DNA of 29,528 nt from a virus (Duplodnaviria > Caudoviricetes). The stretch is from positions 1 to 29,528 of the IMG/VR virus record IMGVR_UViG_3300023283_000064. The stretch is one strand, 5' to 3'. Positions 1 through 7,670 of this stretch are shown piece after piece. The notes below the pieces were generated by a model. The model did no database searches and was not told the origin of the DNA. It saw only the letters and a list, made by a program, of their open reading frames with translations. The position numbers and the translations under genes were made by a program. Positions within the stretch are counted from its first letter, which is position 1; each line of letters starts with the position of its first letter.

Positions 1-177
1 AGTGCCTGGAGACGGTCAGTGAGTGTTGTGGCGCTGGCGGTCAGCATCGCAGCTACGTGCGACTCCGCCCGCCGGAGATGCCTGATTCCGAGTCGTCCTC
101 CTGACCACCCACCCCGCGCCCTCTCGGGCGCGGCTCATGGGCCGGCGCTGCCGGCCTGCGAGCCGATCTCGAGATCG

Positions 178-226
178 GAGCCTATACCGCCGGGCTTTTT
201 TTGGCGGACTATAGAGGAGATGAGAC
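178..226 (+). repeat. Copy 1 of a ~46-49-nt hairpin/U-tract/RBS element
   Basis: GAGCCTATACCGCCGGGCTTTTTTTGGCGG...AGGAGATGAGAC; closely matches 765-810; directly upstream of ATG 228. Confidence 0.85.
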
Positions 227-227
227 G

Positions 228-743
228 ATGACTACTGAGACGATGACAACTGATGAGACCCGCATGGAAAAGCTAATCGACGTGTGCTGCCTCTGTGGCG
301 GAGAGATACGCCGCAAGGTGCGAGCCTGGGGGGACCGCGCATCTGCCCCCATCGATACCATAGACACCGTCGCCGGGTGGCGTCGGTGTGAGGTAGGCCC
401 GTGCGCGGCGTGTCGCGCACAGGAAATAGACGAATCCGTCGCGGCATTCTACCGCCACCTCCCACAGGAGTTGGCGCAAGAATGCGAACGTGAGCTACGG
501 GAGCGGATGCGCAGTCCTCGCGCCGTTTTGCGTGAAGAATACCACACGGCTGTGCGTGCCGTACTGATCACAACGGCACGCCATTATGCGCAGGACGCCC
601 TCCCAGGGCGCGGAGGATCATACGTAGCTGTGGGTGTCCACCTGGTTCGGGGGCCGGAGAACCCCGCTCGTCCGGGGTGGATGACATGGATACCCGATTG
701 GCCGACAGCCCGGACGCCTGGGGTGATGAGGAGGCGGACCTGA
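228..743 (+). CDS. Hypothetical protein with Cys clusters (possible Zn-binding)
   Basis: ORF 201..743; GAGGAG at 214-219 favours ATG 228; CCLC and CEVGPCAAC motifs. Confidence 0.65.
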   Translation: MTTETMTTDETRMEKLIDVCCLCGGEIRRKVRAWGDRASAPIDTIDTVAGWRRCEVGPCAACRAQEIDESVAAFYRHLPQELAQECERELRERMRSPRAVLREEYHTAVRAVLITTARHYAQDALPGRGGSYVAVGVHLVRGPENPARPGWMTWIPDWPTARTPGVMRRRT

Positions 744-764
744 CAGGCAGGAGATGAGACCCGC

Positions 765-810
765 GAGCCGATACCGCCCGGCTTTTTTGGCGGCAGATAG
801 GAGATGAGAC
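765..810 (+). repeat. Copy 2 of the hairpin/U-tract/RBS element
   Basis: GAGCCGATACCGCCCGGCTTTTTTGGCGG...AGGAGATGAGAC directly upstream of ATG 812; a third AGGAGATGAGAC lies at 749-760. Confidence 0.85.
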
Positions 811-811
811 T

Positions 812-1288
812 ATGGCTATCTACACCACCATCGAAATCGAAATCACACGAAAAGAAGCCGAGGCCGCGATACAGTGGCTGCTCATGGACGGCGACGTATA
901 TCTAGATGAGCATGTATCGTCGGGGCTGATCACCTACCGGGATCATCTGGTAGCATCGCTGCGATGCATGGCGGGGATGGCAGGCGCGGAGACTCGGGTG
1001 GACTCCAGGGATCGAGCAGCGGCCCTACGCTACTGCGGTGACGAGGTGTGCCGACGGCACGCCGTCTCGCTTGCTCGCCGGATCGCCGCGGAGCACCTCA
1101 GCGATCCGGAGCACGAGCACGAGCAGACACTGGCGATCGCTCGCCGCATTTCCGCCGCCAGCTCCGATTCCGCGGTCGCGGACGTGCTGCGTGAGCGGCT
1201 GGACCAGCACATGCGGGAGCATGGCGACCCGCAAGAGGGCGTCCCGGCCGACAGGTACACGTCGGTCGCTCTCGAATGGATGTATTGA
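812..1288 (+). CDS. Hypothetical protein
   Basis: 158-aa ORF with AGGAG RBS at 799-803; helical, protein-like composition. Confidence 0.75.
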   Translation: MAIYTTIEIEITRKEAEAAIQWLLMDGDVYLDEHVSSGLITYRDHLVASLRCMAGMAGAETRVDSRDRAAALRYCGDEVCRRHAVSLARRIAAEHLSDPEHEHEQTLAIARRISAASSDSAVADVLRERLDQHMREHGDPQEGVPADRYTSVALEWMY

Positions 1289-1416
1289 AGCGCGCGCCCC
1301 GACCAGGTCAAGGCGATTATGAGCGACGGATCTACCAGCCCGGCCGAGTGGATTGGGTGACTGTGTCAATTGGCCTGGCGATTATCGGTGCGGTACTTGC
1401 ACTTGTTTGGAGGTGA
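1276..1416 (+). CDS. Small single-pass membrane protein, 46 aa, absent from the ORF track; paralog of 23573..23824
   Basis: Manual translation MDVLKRAPRPGQGDYERRIYQPGRVDWVTVSIGLAIIGAVLALVWR*; fills the gap between neighbours; alternative TTG start at 1285 overlaps the upstream stop. Confidence 0.7.
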   Translation: MDVLKRAPRPGQGDYERRIYQPGRVDWVTVSIGLAIIGAVLALVWR

Positions 1417-1420
1417 AACG

Positions 1421-1687
1421 ATGGAAGCCGGCACGATCCTAACCCGAGGGGAATGGCTCCACAAACACGCCATCCCAGGGACCGTGATCGCCGACACCCG
1501 GGGGCGCAGGGCGGTTGTTGTCCGGCATCGCGAGCGCAAGCAAGTGGTGGCCGTGGGGGGAGCACACGTCTGGTGGGAGACAGACTACTTGGGGCGAGAG
1601 TGGCGCTCATCTACCCGCTCCGTGGGTGGAGTGTGTGACGAGACTTACGAGGTCATGGGAAATATCTACGATATGGAGAAATCATGA
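1421..1687 (+). CDS. YopX-like phage protein
   Basis: GGAGG RBS before ATG 1421; C-terminal YEVMGNIYD resembles the YopX-family EVIGNIYE end motif. Confidence 0.6.
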   Translation: MEAGTILTRGEWLHKHAIPGTVIADTRGRRAVVVRHRERKQVVAVGGAHVWWETDYLGREWRSSTRSVGGVCDETYEVMGNIYDMEKS

Positions 1688-2070
1688 GTACCGAAGAAAC
1701 GTGGCCTGAAGCGACCGCCAGGCTACACAGTGCGATCCGTGAGGCGGCACGGCGCGACCAACGCACAGTGACCGAGCTGGCGGTGTTGGCTGGGTGCCGC
1801 CGAGAGAATCTGTCTCGGTGGCTGCACCGCCGGGGGGCGCTGCCGGCAGACCAGGTAGACCGTTTGCGTCAGGCGGTGGGCGTTGATGTGGCGGTGTGGA
1901 TCGAGGGGCCGGGCGGCCAGAGACACCCGCGGCAATCAGGCGGCTATCAGCCCACGCTGCCGGAAGGGCCCGAGTACCCTCCGGAGCCGCCCCGCGGTGG
2001 AAGCGCGATACAGCCGCCATTGCACCCGGAGGCGCATCGCGGTAAAATCAGCCTACCTGAGGAACCATGA
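1684..2070 (+). CDS. XRE-family helix-turn-helix regulator with Pro-rich tail
   Basis: TVTELAVLAGCRRENLSRWLHRRGALPADQVDRLRQAVG fits the XRE HTH pattern; ATGA overlap with the upstream stop. Confidence 0.75.
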   Translation: MSTEETWPEATARLHSAIREAARRDQRTVTELAVLAGCRRENLSRWLHRRGALPADQVDRLRQAVGVDVAVWIEGPGGQRHPRQSGGYQPTLPEGPEYPPEPPRGGSAIQPPLHPEAHRGKISLPEEP

Positions 2071-2092
2071 GCAACACTAAAAGGAGAATGAT

Positions 2093-2455
2093 ATGGCATG
2101 GCAGATCTCAATGACGATCGTCGTGATGGCGGCGATCATTTTGGCGGGCTGCGGTACGGCAGCGCAGCGCCAGGGCGCGGGTATTGTGCAAGTCACGATT
2201 CAGACCAACCCGTACGCATCCGAGGCTGCTCGGCCCATCCAGGCCGAGAAGGGCGGCGACCATGACGATGAGCAGGGTCTTGCCCGCGATGGCGCCGGTG
2301 CCGGCGTCATGTGGAGGAGACCGCACACGGAAGTCACGGTGACCGTGGACTCCGAGATGGCCGGCACTGAGCAGGCAGGTGAGGCAGAGGCTGCTCCGAC
2401 GACTGACGTCTCTCCTGAGGTTGACGCGAACCTTACTCCGGGTAGCGGTGGATGA
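2093..2455 (+). CDS. Putative lipoprotein
   Basis: AGGAG RBS; hydrophobic N-terminal signal ending in lipobox LAGC. Confidence 0.7.
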   Translation: MAWQISMTIVVMAAIILAGCGTAAQRQGAGIVQVTIQTNPYASEAARPIQAEKGGDHDDEQGLARDGAGAGVMWRRPHTEVTVTVDSEMAGTEQAGEAEAAPTTDVSPEVDANLTPGSGG

Positions 2456-2473
2456 TTGAGGCAGATAGACCAA

Positions 2474-2857
2474 ATGAGACGCCTAAACCCCCGTGACATC
2501 CCCCCCCATTTGCGCCGTCGGCTCGCCAATGGTTGCGGCGGCGCCGGGGGATGGCGCGTGCCATCATGGGTAATGCATGCGATCGGGCTGACGCGCGATT
2601 GGTGCGACGAGCACGACGTCGAGTATGCCATTGGGGGTAGTGAGTCGGACCGGCTGCGAGCAGATGCGAGGCTAGTGGCCCGCATTTTGTTCCAGGCGAT
2701 TAAGTCGCCGCCATGGCAGTGGTGGCGGCGCATCGGTGGCGCAATCGCCACGTGGCGGCTGGTGCGCTCGCGAGGCGAAAAGTATTGGAATGATCGGGGG
2801 CCGGTGAGGAGTGTAGACGATATATATCGAGTCATTGAGGACACAGATGATGGATGA
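2474..2857 (+). CDS. Phospholipase A2-like (HDxxY) protein
   Basis: NGCG...CDEHDVEY.GG...DR..AD motif set typical of sPLA2-fold proteins; start ATG 2474 or TTG 2456. Confidence 0.6.
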   Translation: MRRLNPRDIPPHLRRRLANGCGGAGGWRVPSWVMHAIGLTRDWCDEHDVEYAIGGSESDRLRADARLVARILFQAIKSPPWQWWRRIGGAIATWRLVRSRGEKYWNDRGPVRSVDDIYRVIEDTDDG

Positions 2858-2858
2858 T

Positions 2859-2961
2859 GGGTCCTTTCTTCAGGACAGGCGTGCTATGCGACACAAAGGT
2901 GCAGAAAATGCACATAAAAACGGATTTTTCTATAAGCCCCTCCTCCTCCCCCGCTTATAAT
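2859..2961 (+). promoter_or_regulatory. Putative cos packaging region (cosQ-like GGGTCCT plus downstream inverted repeats)
   Basis: GGGTCCTTTC at 2859-2868 matches the lambda cosQ context; AT-rich stretch with IRs GTGCA/TGCAC (2899-2913), AAAAA/TTTTT (2916-2929), TATAAGC/GCTTATA (2931-2959) directly before the small terminase. Confidence 0.6.
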
Positions 2962-2966
2962 CTCAG

Positions 2967-3464
2967 GTGAGCAGATCAAACGCGCAAGACTCGATCGACC
3001 GGATGCGCGCGCTCACGCAAAAAGCAGCCGCGTGGCTGCTCGGAATTCGCCCCTCTACTCTCCGTCACCTCGACGACGCTCCGCGAAATCAGGACGGGAG
3101 TTACGATGCGCGGGAACTGGTCGCTTGGCAGATAGCGCGACACTCTGTGGTCGAGGATCACGAAGAGGATCTGGAGGCCGACGAGGAAGAGTTGGGGGCG
3201 GGGGGCAAAGCAGAGGCGGCAGAAGAGCTCACCAGGTGGCGAGCTATCCGGGAGCGGTGGAAGCACGAGAGGGAGCTTGGCCGGTGGGTTCCTATTCAAT
3301 CCGTTCGCGCATCTCAATCTGCATTGCAGCAGACGCTTGCGCAAACATCGGAGAAACTGGCCCGTGAATGCGGCGACGACGCACAAAGAATTTTCGATCG
3401 CGGGGTCGATCAAGCATTCGAGGCTGCCCGGCGCGAACTACGAGAGGCCGAGGCGGGCGAGTGA
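2967..3464 (+). CDS. Terminase small subunit, Nu1-like
   Basis: N-terminal winged-HTH-like LTQKAAAWLLGIRPSTLR...GSYD.RELVAW, then a coiled coil; position upstream of the large terminase. Confidence 0.8.
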   Translation: MSRSNAQDSIDRMRALTQKAAAWLLGIRPSTLRHLDDAPRNQDGSYDARELVAWQIARHSVVEDHEEDLEADEEELGAGGKAEAAEELTRWRAIRERWKHERELGRWVPIQSVRASQSALQQTLAQTSEKLARECGDDAQRIFDRGVDQAFEAARRELREAEAGE

Positions 3465-3468
3465 ATGG

Positions 3469-5355
3469 TTGCTCGAGGATCCATGTTTCGATTCTCGGCC
3501 TGCGCGCGGCCGGCGCGTGAGGTCGATGCTTGATTTCGCTCGCGAAGAAATAGTATTGCCCACCGGTCCGGCCAAGGGCCAATTGTGGAATCCTCACGCG
3601 GTGCGGCATTCTGGGATAGTCGTCGAGGAAATGAGCAGAGGTGATTGGCGGCGCGTGGTTGTGACCGGCCCGAGCCAGTCGAGTAAAACATTCTCAATCG
3701 TGATCGCTGCCTGCTACCACTTATTCGAAATGCAGGAGACGATCATCGTAGGTCTCCCTGACATGAATATGGCTGCCGACAAGTGGTCTGGTGACTTTTT
3801 GCCGGTCATACGCGCAAGCGGATTCGCTGATTTGTTACCTGAGCACGGTCGTGGTAGCCGAGGAGGGAATCCAGGTTCGACGATACGTTTCGCCCACGGC
3901 CCGGTGATGAGATTCATGTCGGGGGGCGGTGGAGACCCGATGGGATTTCCGGCTAGAGTGGTATTGATCACCGAGGTTGACCGGTTTACTCGATCAGGCG
4001 ATGCCGGATCGGTGGCTGCTCAAATTCGAATGCTAGAGAAACGCAGCGCCGCATGGGGCGATCGTGCGCGGATTTACTACGACTCGATTCCGACTGCGCC
4101 GCAAGGTGAGATTTGGCAGCGATGGCGGAACGGATCTCAGTCGGTCCCGTTGAGCGAGTGTATCCATTGCGGGGCGCCCGTAGCGCCGACGCGCGAGCAC
4201 CTGGTGGGTTGGCGTGAGGCGAGCTCGCCCGAGGAAGCGGCGGAAGTGGCGAGTTGGGCGTGCCCTGCGAATGGATGCGAAATTTCTGAGGCAGATCGGA
4301 AAAAGATGCTGGCGGATCAAGTGCTTGATCATCGCGGCGATTTGCGCTCGACGCTCAGCGTACGATGGGAAGCTTGGCACAATTCGCTCATTACCACCGG
4401 TTATATCGCCGAGGAGGAATACCGCGCGGCACACGACGAGAATCTCGAGGAGGCCGACCGGGTGCTTGTCAATGAAACCTGGGGTCTTCCTTACTCGATC
4501 GAAGGCGAGCGAGAGGGTGACTTTGATATCGAGGCTCTGTCCCGTCGGGTCTCGGGCTCAGCCAGAGGAGAGGTTCCGTCTGAGATCGATTTTTTGGTCG
4601 CGGCGATCGATGTCGGGAAATGGCGCCTCCATTGGATGGTCATGGGCGCTGGAGATTGGTATCCGATCATCGACTATGGCACCTGGGAAGTCGCGAGTCG
4701 CGAGCAGGAACCGGCCGATGCCATTAGCGCAGCACTCATAGAAGTACGAGAGGACGTCTTAGGCGTTGGCTGGGGCGGTGATCGACCGGCTCTGACACTG
4801 GTAGACTCACAGTATGAGACCGGTGCGGTGCAGTCCGTGTGCGACGATACCGCTGACTGGGTTCCCACCCTCGGTTATGGCGTTGGCCAGCGCAACCGTA
4901 CTTATCGGCCACCAACGGATGATAAACGGCGTCGCAGACGTCAGGGCGTTATGCGCGTCGGACCGGGGTGGCACGAGACTCGCCGCCCTAACACGAGTGG
5001 TCAGACTCGCGTTGAATTGGACGCGAATTTTTGGAAGAGTCGCGTTCATGCCGGATTGCAAATCGATGTGGGAGATGATGGATCTATTGCGGCTTACGAG
5101 GCAGGCTCTGACGCGGATCATCGTACACTCGCCCGGCATTGGCTTTCCGAGCGCGAGGAAGTCAGACTGGTTGAGTCTGTTGGTGAACAGCGGATATGGC
5201 GGGCTATTAGTCGTCACAATCACTTCTTGGACGTGACATCACTCTGCCGCGCTGCGATTGACATTCACCGCGCTGGCGCCGGTGGTCGCGCGAAGGCAGT
5301 CACTGGTGGTAGTGCCCCGGCTGATCTTGGGTCTCTGATGGGAGTGAAGAAGTGA
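3469..5355 (+). CDS. Terminase large subunit, lambda gpA family
   Basis: Walker A-like VTGPSQSSKT, Walker B-like VLITEVD, CxxC pairs, nuclease motifs AAIDVG, LVDS and NHFLD; start uncertain (TTG 3469, GTG 3517 or ATG 3526; frame open from 3277). Confidence 0.9.
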   Translation: MLEDPCFDSRPARGRRVRSMLDFAREEIVLPTGPAKGQLWNPHAVRHSGIVVEEMSRGDWRRVVVTGPSQSSKTFSIVIAACYHLFEMQETIIVGLPDMNMAADKWSGDFLPVIRASGFADLLPEHGRGSRGGNPGSTIRFAHGPVMRFMSGGGGDPMGFPARVVLITEVDRFTRSGDAGSVAAQIRMLEKRSAAWGDRARIYYDSIPTAPQGEIWQRWRNGSQSVPLSECIHCGAPVAPTREHLVGWREASSPEEAAEVASWACPANGCEISEADRKKMLADQVLDHRGDLRSTLSVRWEAWHNSLITTGYIAEEEYRAAHDENLEEADRVLVNETWGLPYSIEGEREGDFDIEALSRRVSGSARGEVPSEIDFLVAAIDVGKWRLHWMVMGAGDWYPIIDYGTWEVASREQEPADAISAALIEVREDVLGVGWGGDRPALTLVDSQYETGAVQSVCDDTADWVPTLGYGVGQRNRTYRPPTDDKRRRRRQGVMRVGPGWHETRRPNTSGQTRVELDANFWKSRVHAGLQIDVGDDGSIAAYEAGSDADHRTLARHWLSEREEVRLVESVGEQRIWRAISRHNHFLDVTSLCRAAIDIHRAGAGGRAKAVTGGSAPADLGSLMGVKK

Positions 5356-5732
5356 GCGGACAGATCGACGAATGCCCGAAGTGTGGCTGCTGCTGGTGGA
5401 GCGTGTTAAGCCGCCAGGTGGTCCAGTGGCGCAAGCTCGGGGAGACGGAGTTTCGCGAGACGGCCCATGAACGCAGGAGGTGTGGCCAGTGCGGGCGCGA
5501 GCGAAATTCTATGGAGCATCTCGACTCTGAGGCGCCGGAAAATGCTATGGCGAGGGAGGGGGCCGAACATCCTGACCGTGTGATATGGCGGCCGTCGGTG
5601 CGCTGCCCGAAGTGCGGATCTGCTGCATGTACAGTAACGAGCAGCCGCCGACCACTGAGGTACCACCGGTGCGAGTGCGGGCACACATTCAGTTCCGTAG
5701 AAGATGGAATTGGCCGTCTCAAGAGAAAATGA
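5352..5732 (+). CDS. Tandem zinc-ribbon protein, Ogr/Delta-like
   Basis: Two CPKCG...CxxCG/CxCG modules; the second, CPKCGS..TVTSSR..RYHRCECGHTFSSVE, resembles the Ogr/Delta pattern. Confidence 0.65.
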   Translation: MSGQIDECPKCGCCWWSVLSRQVVQWRKLGETEFRETAHERRRCGQCGRERNSMEHLDSEAPENAMAREGAEHPDRVIWRPSVRCPKCGSAACTVTSSRRPLRYHRCECGHTFSSVEDGIGRLKRK

Positions 5733-5762
5733 AGCGGATGTTATTGATTATGTAACGAGCTA

Positions 5763-5790
5763 TTGACCGGATGGCATTGATGGTTACTAT
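5763..5790 (+). promoter_or_regulatory. Sigma70-type promoter, probably leaderless, for head genes
   Basis: TTGACC (5763-68), 16-nt spacer, TACTAT (5785-90); ATG 5797 lies 7 nt downstream with no RBS. Confidence 0.55.
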
Positions 5791-5796
5791 GCGTGC

Positions 5797-6072
5797 ATGG
5801 CACTTTTTTCGGCCACCATCTTCACTGGGCACCTCGACGACGCGAAGGCTGCGCGGGCAGAGGGGAATATCGCAGAAGAGCTTGAAGCTATTGAACTCGC
5901 GATGAATGAGCTGTCGAAGGCGCCTGAGGGGAGCGCTCGCGATTTGAACGTGAGCTGGGAGAGCAACCGATCGAGTCTCGAGGCCCGTGCTCGTAGCTTG
6001 CGCCAGAAGCTCGCCGCTGCGAATGGGATCACCCGCTCACGGGTGGCATACCAGCGCACAGGGGCTTGCTGA
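5797..6072 (+). CDS. Head-tail adaptor, gpW-like
   Basis: 91-aa helical protein between terminase and lambda-type portal, the gpW position; TGATG coupling to the portal. Confidence 0.6.
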   Translation: MALFSATIFTGHLDDAKAARAEGNIAEELEAIELAMNELSKAPEGSARDLNVSWESNRSSLEARARSLRQKLAAANGITRSRVAYQRTGAC

Positions 6073-7670
6073 TGTCTTCGATTCTCGATCACCAGGGCAA
6101 CCCCATATCTGGCAGGACCGACCGAGCGTCGCCTTTGCATCTCGGTCAGATTAGTGGTCAGGCTCGCGGGGAGCGGCGCGAGTGGGAAAGCTCAGCGACC
6201 AACCGCTTGAACAAGGCGCATTGGTCCGACGCTTCAGATGTCGATATCAACCTCCGGCTATCTGGCGCGCTCAAGGTGTTGCGCGGCCGCTCATTTCATG
6301 AGCGGCAAAACAACGCGATTGTGGCCGGTATGGTTCGGACTCACAAGACCGATATCGTTGGCTCGCGAGGCCCACAGATGAGCGCTCGTCCGCGAAACCC
6401 CGATGCCCCAGAATCAGTCCGCAGGTATGCCGCCAATCTCCAGGAAAGATTTCGTGATTGGTGGGAGGAGCCTGACATTACCGAAGTTAACGCCGGCGTA
6501 GATATGATCTCGCAAGACATGGATATGCTCTGGATGGGAGGAGAGTCGGTATGGCAGTGGGTGACCGATCGTGGCAATGGCGGTGAAAGCGGCGTTGAGC
6601 TGCGGATCAATACGGTTCATCCGCGCATGCTCGAGGCGGGGATCATGGGGCTCACGAAATCGAAAAACACAGTCACAATGGGCGTGGAGGTTGATGAGGT
6701 CGGCCGGATCGTGGCCTACCACCTATCCGGCCGGCACGACCCGGTATCCGCAGACGAGATCGAGCATCTCTTCGAACAGCGCGAACCCGGTCAGCGGCGC
6801 GGGATTCCGTGGCTGGCGCCGGTGCTCCAGGCGATCGCCGATTTGCGAGACTACGACGATCAGATTCTCGACGCGGCTCGACAGGCAGCCGACTATGCGA
6901 TCATGCTCATGTCGCAAGCCGACTCCGGCATTGAGCCGATCGAGCTCGCACCAGGAAGCTGCACCGAGATCGAGCGCCGCATGCTGACCGCCATTCCGGC
7001 GGGGTGGGAAGCGAAGCAAATGGAGCCGAAGAATCCTCCGACGCGATACGTGGATTATCGCAAGGAGCGGCACGGCGACTTCGGCCGGCCCGTTGGCATG
7101 CCGAAAAACATCGTTCGAGGCGATAGCTCGGATATGAGTTTTGCGAGTAGCCGTTTTGACGCCAGGTCCTACGACCGTGCGAACGAATTTACTCGCGCGT
7201 GGTATGAGCGTCGCCGGCTCAACCGAGTGGTCCGTAGATTCGAAAAGGAAGCCCGCATGCGCGGCCTTCTGTCTGCCGACGGTCGCGCGATGAGCGAGCG
7301 TCCAGGCGCGATAGATATCGCTTGGACTTGGGGCGGGGCGACTCATATTGCGAGTGACCCTGCAAAGGAGGCGCGCGGAGCGCAGCTCCGGCTCGAAAAC
7401 CGGATTAGCTCACTACGAGATGAGGTGGCCACCTTTCATGGCCGCAGCCTTGAGCAGCACGTCCGCCAGCTCGAGGAAGACGCGAATATCATGGAACGGG
7501 CGAATATGCCCGATCCGCCGCAAGACGGGGAGAGTAGTGGCCCTGCGTCTCGCGAATTGGCGAGGGAGGCCGTCGAGGCGATCTGTCGCGAGGTGGCCGA
7601 CGAAGCAATCTCCGAGTATATGGCGGGCCGTCAGCAGGAGGAGGATCACCGTGCCGCACTCAGTAGCTGA
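6072..7670 (+). CDS. Portal protein, lambda family
   Basis: Motifs MGVEVDEVGR, RGIPWLAPVL, GDSSDMSFASSR, DPAKEA; 532 aa. Confidence 0.92.
   Translation: MSSILDHQGNPISGRTDRASPLHLGQISGQARGERREWESSATNRLNKAHWSDASDVDINLRLSGALKVLRGRSFHERQNNAIVAGMVRTHKTDIVGSRGPQMSARPRNPDAPESVRRYAANLQERFRDWWEEPDITEVNAGVDMISQDMDMLWMGGESVWQWVTDRGNGGESGVELRINTVHPRMLEAGIMGLTKSKNTVTMGVEVDEVGRIVAYHLSGRHDPVSADEIEHLFEQREPGQRRGIPWLAPVLQAIADLRDYDDQILDAARQAADYAIMLMSQADSGIEPIELAPGSCTEIERRMLTAIPAGWEAKQMEPKNPPTRYVDYRKERHGDFGRPVGMPKNIVRGDSSDMSFASSRFDARSYDRANEFTRAWYERRRLNRVVRRFEKEARMRGLLSADGRAMSERPGAIDIAWTWGGATHIASDPAKEARGAQLRLENRISSLRDEVATFHGRSLEQHVRQLEEDANIMERANMPDPPQDGESSGPASRELAREAVEAICREVADEAISEYMAGRQQEEDHRAALSS

Noticed and set aside
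41-110. Possible tRNA cloverleaf
   Set aside because: Hairpins present but no convincing T-arm, D-loop or 7-bp acceptor stem
19-231. 70-aa ORF at the left edge
   Set aside because: Runs through hairpins and the T-tract; Pro/Arg-rich with no clear RBS or motif
221-263. Short TGAGACGATGAC(T/A)AC tandem as a CRISPR or iteron array
   Set aside because: Only two imperfect 15-nt units without spacers, encoding MTTETMTTDET; likely local slippage
3277-3468. Long N-terminal extension of the large terminase, or a terS-terL fusion
   Set aside because: Overlaps terS by ~190 nt with non-protein-like sequence; no convincing slippery site
7348-7650. Upstream extension of the protease ORF
   Set aside because: Overlaps the portal; the strong RBS points to GTG 7651
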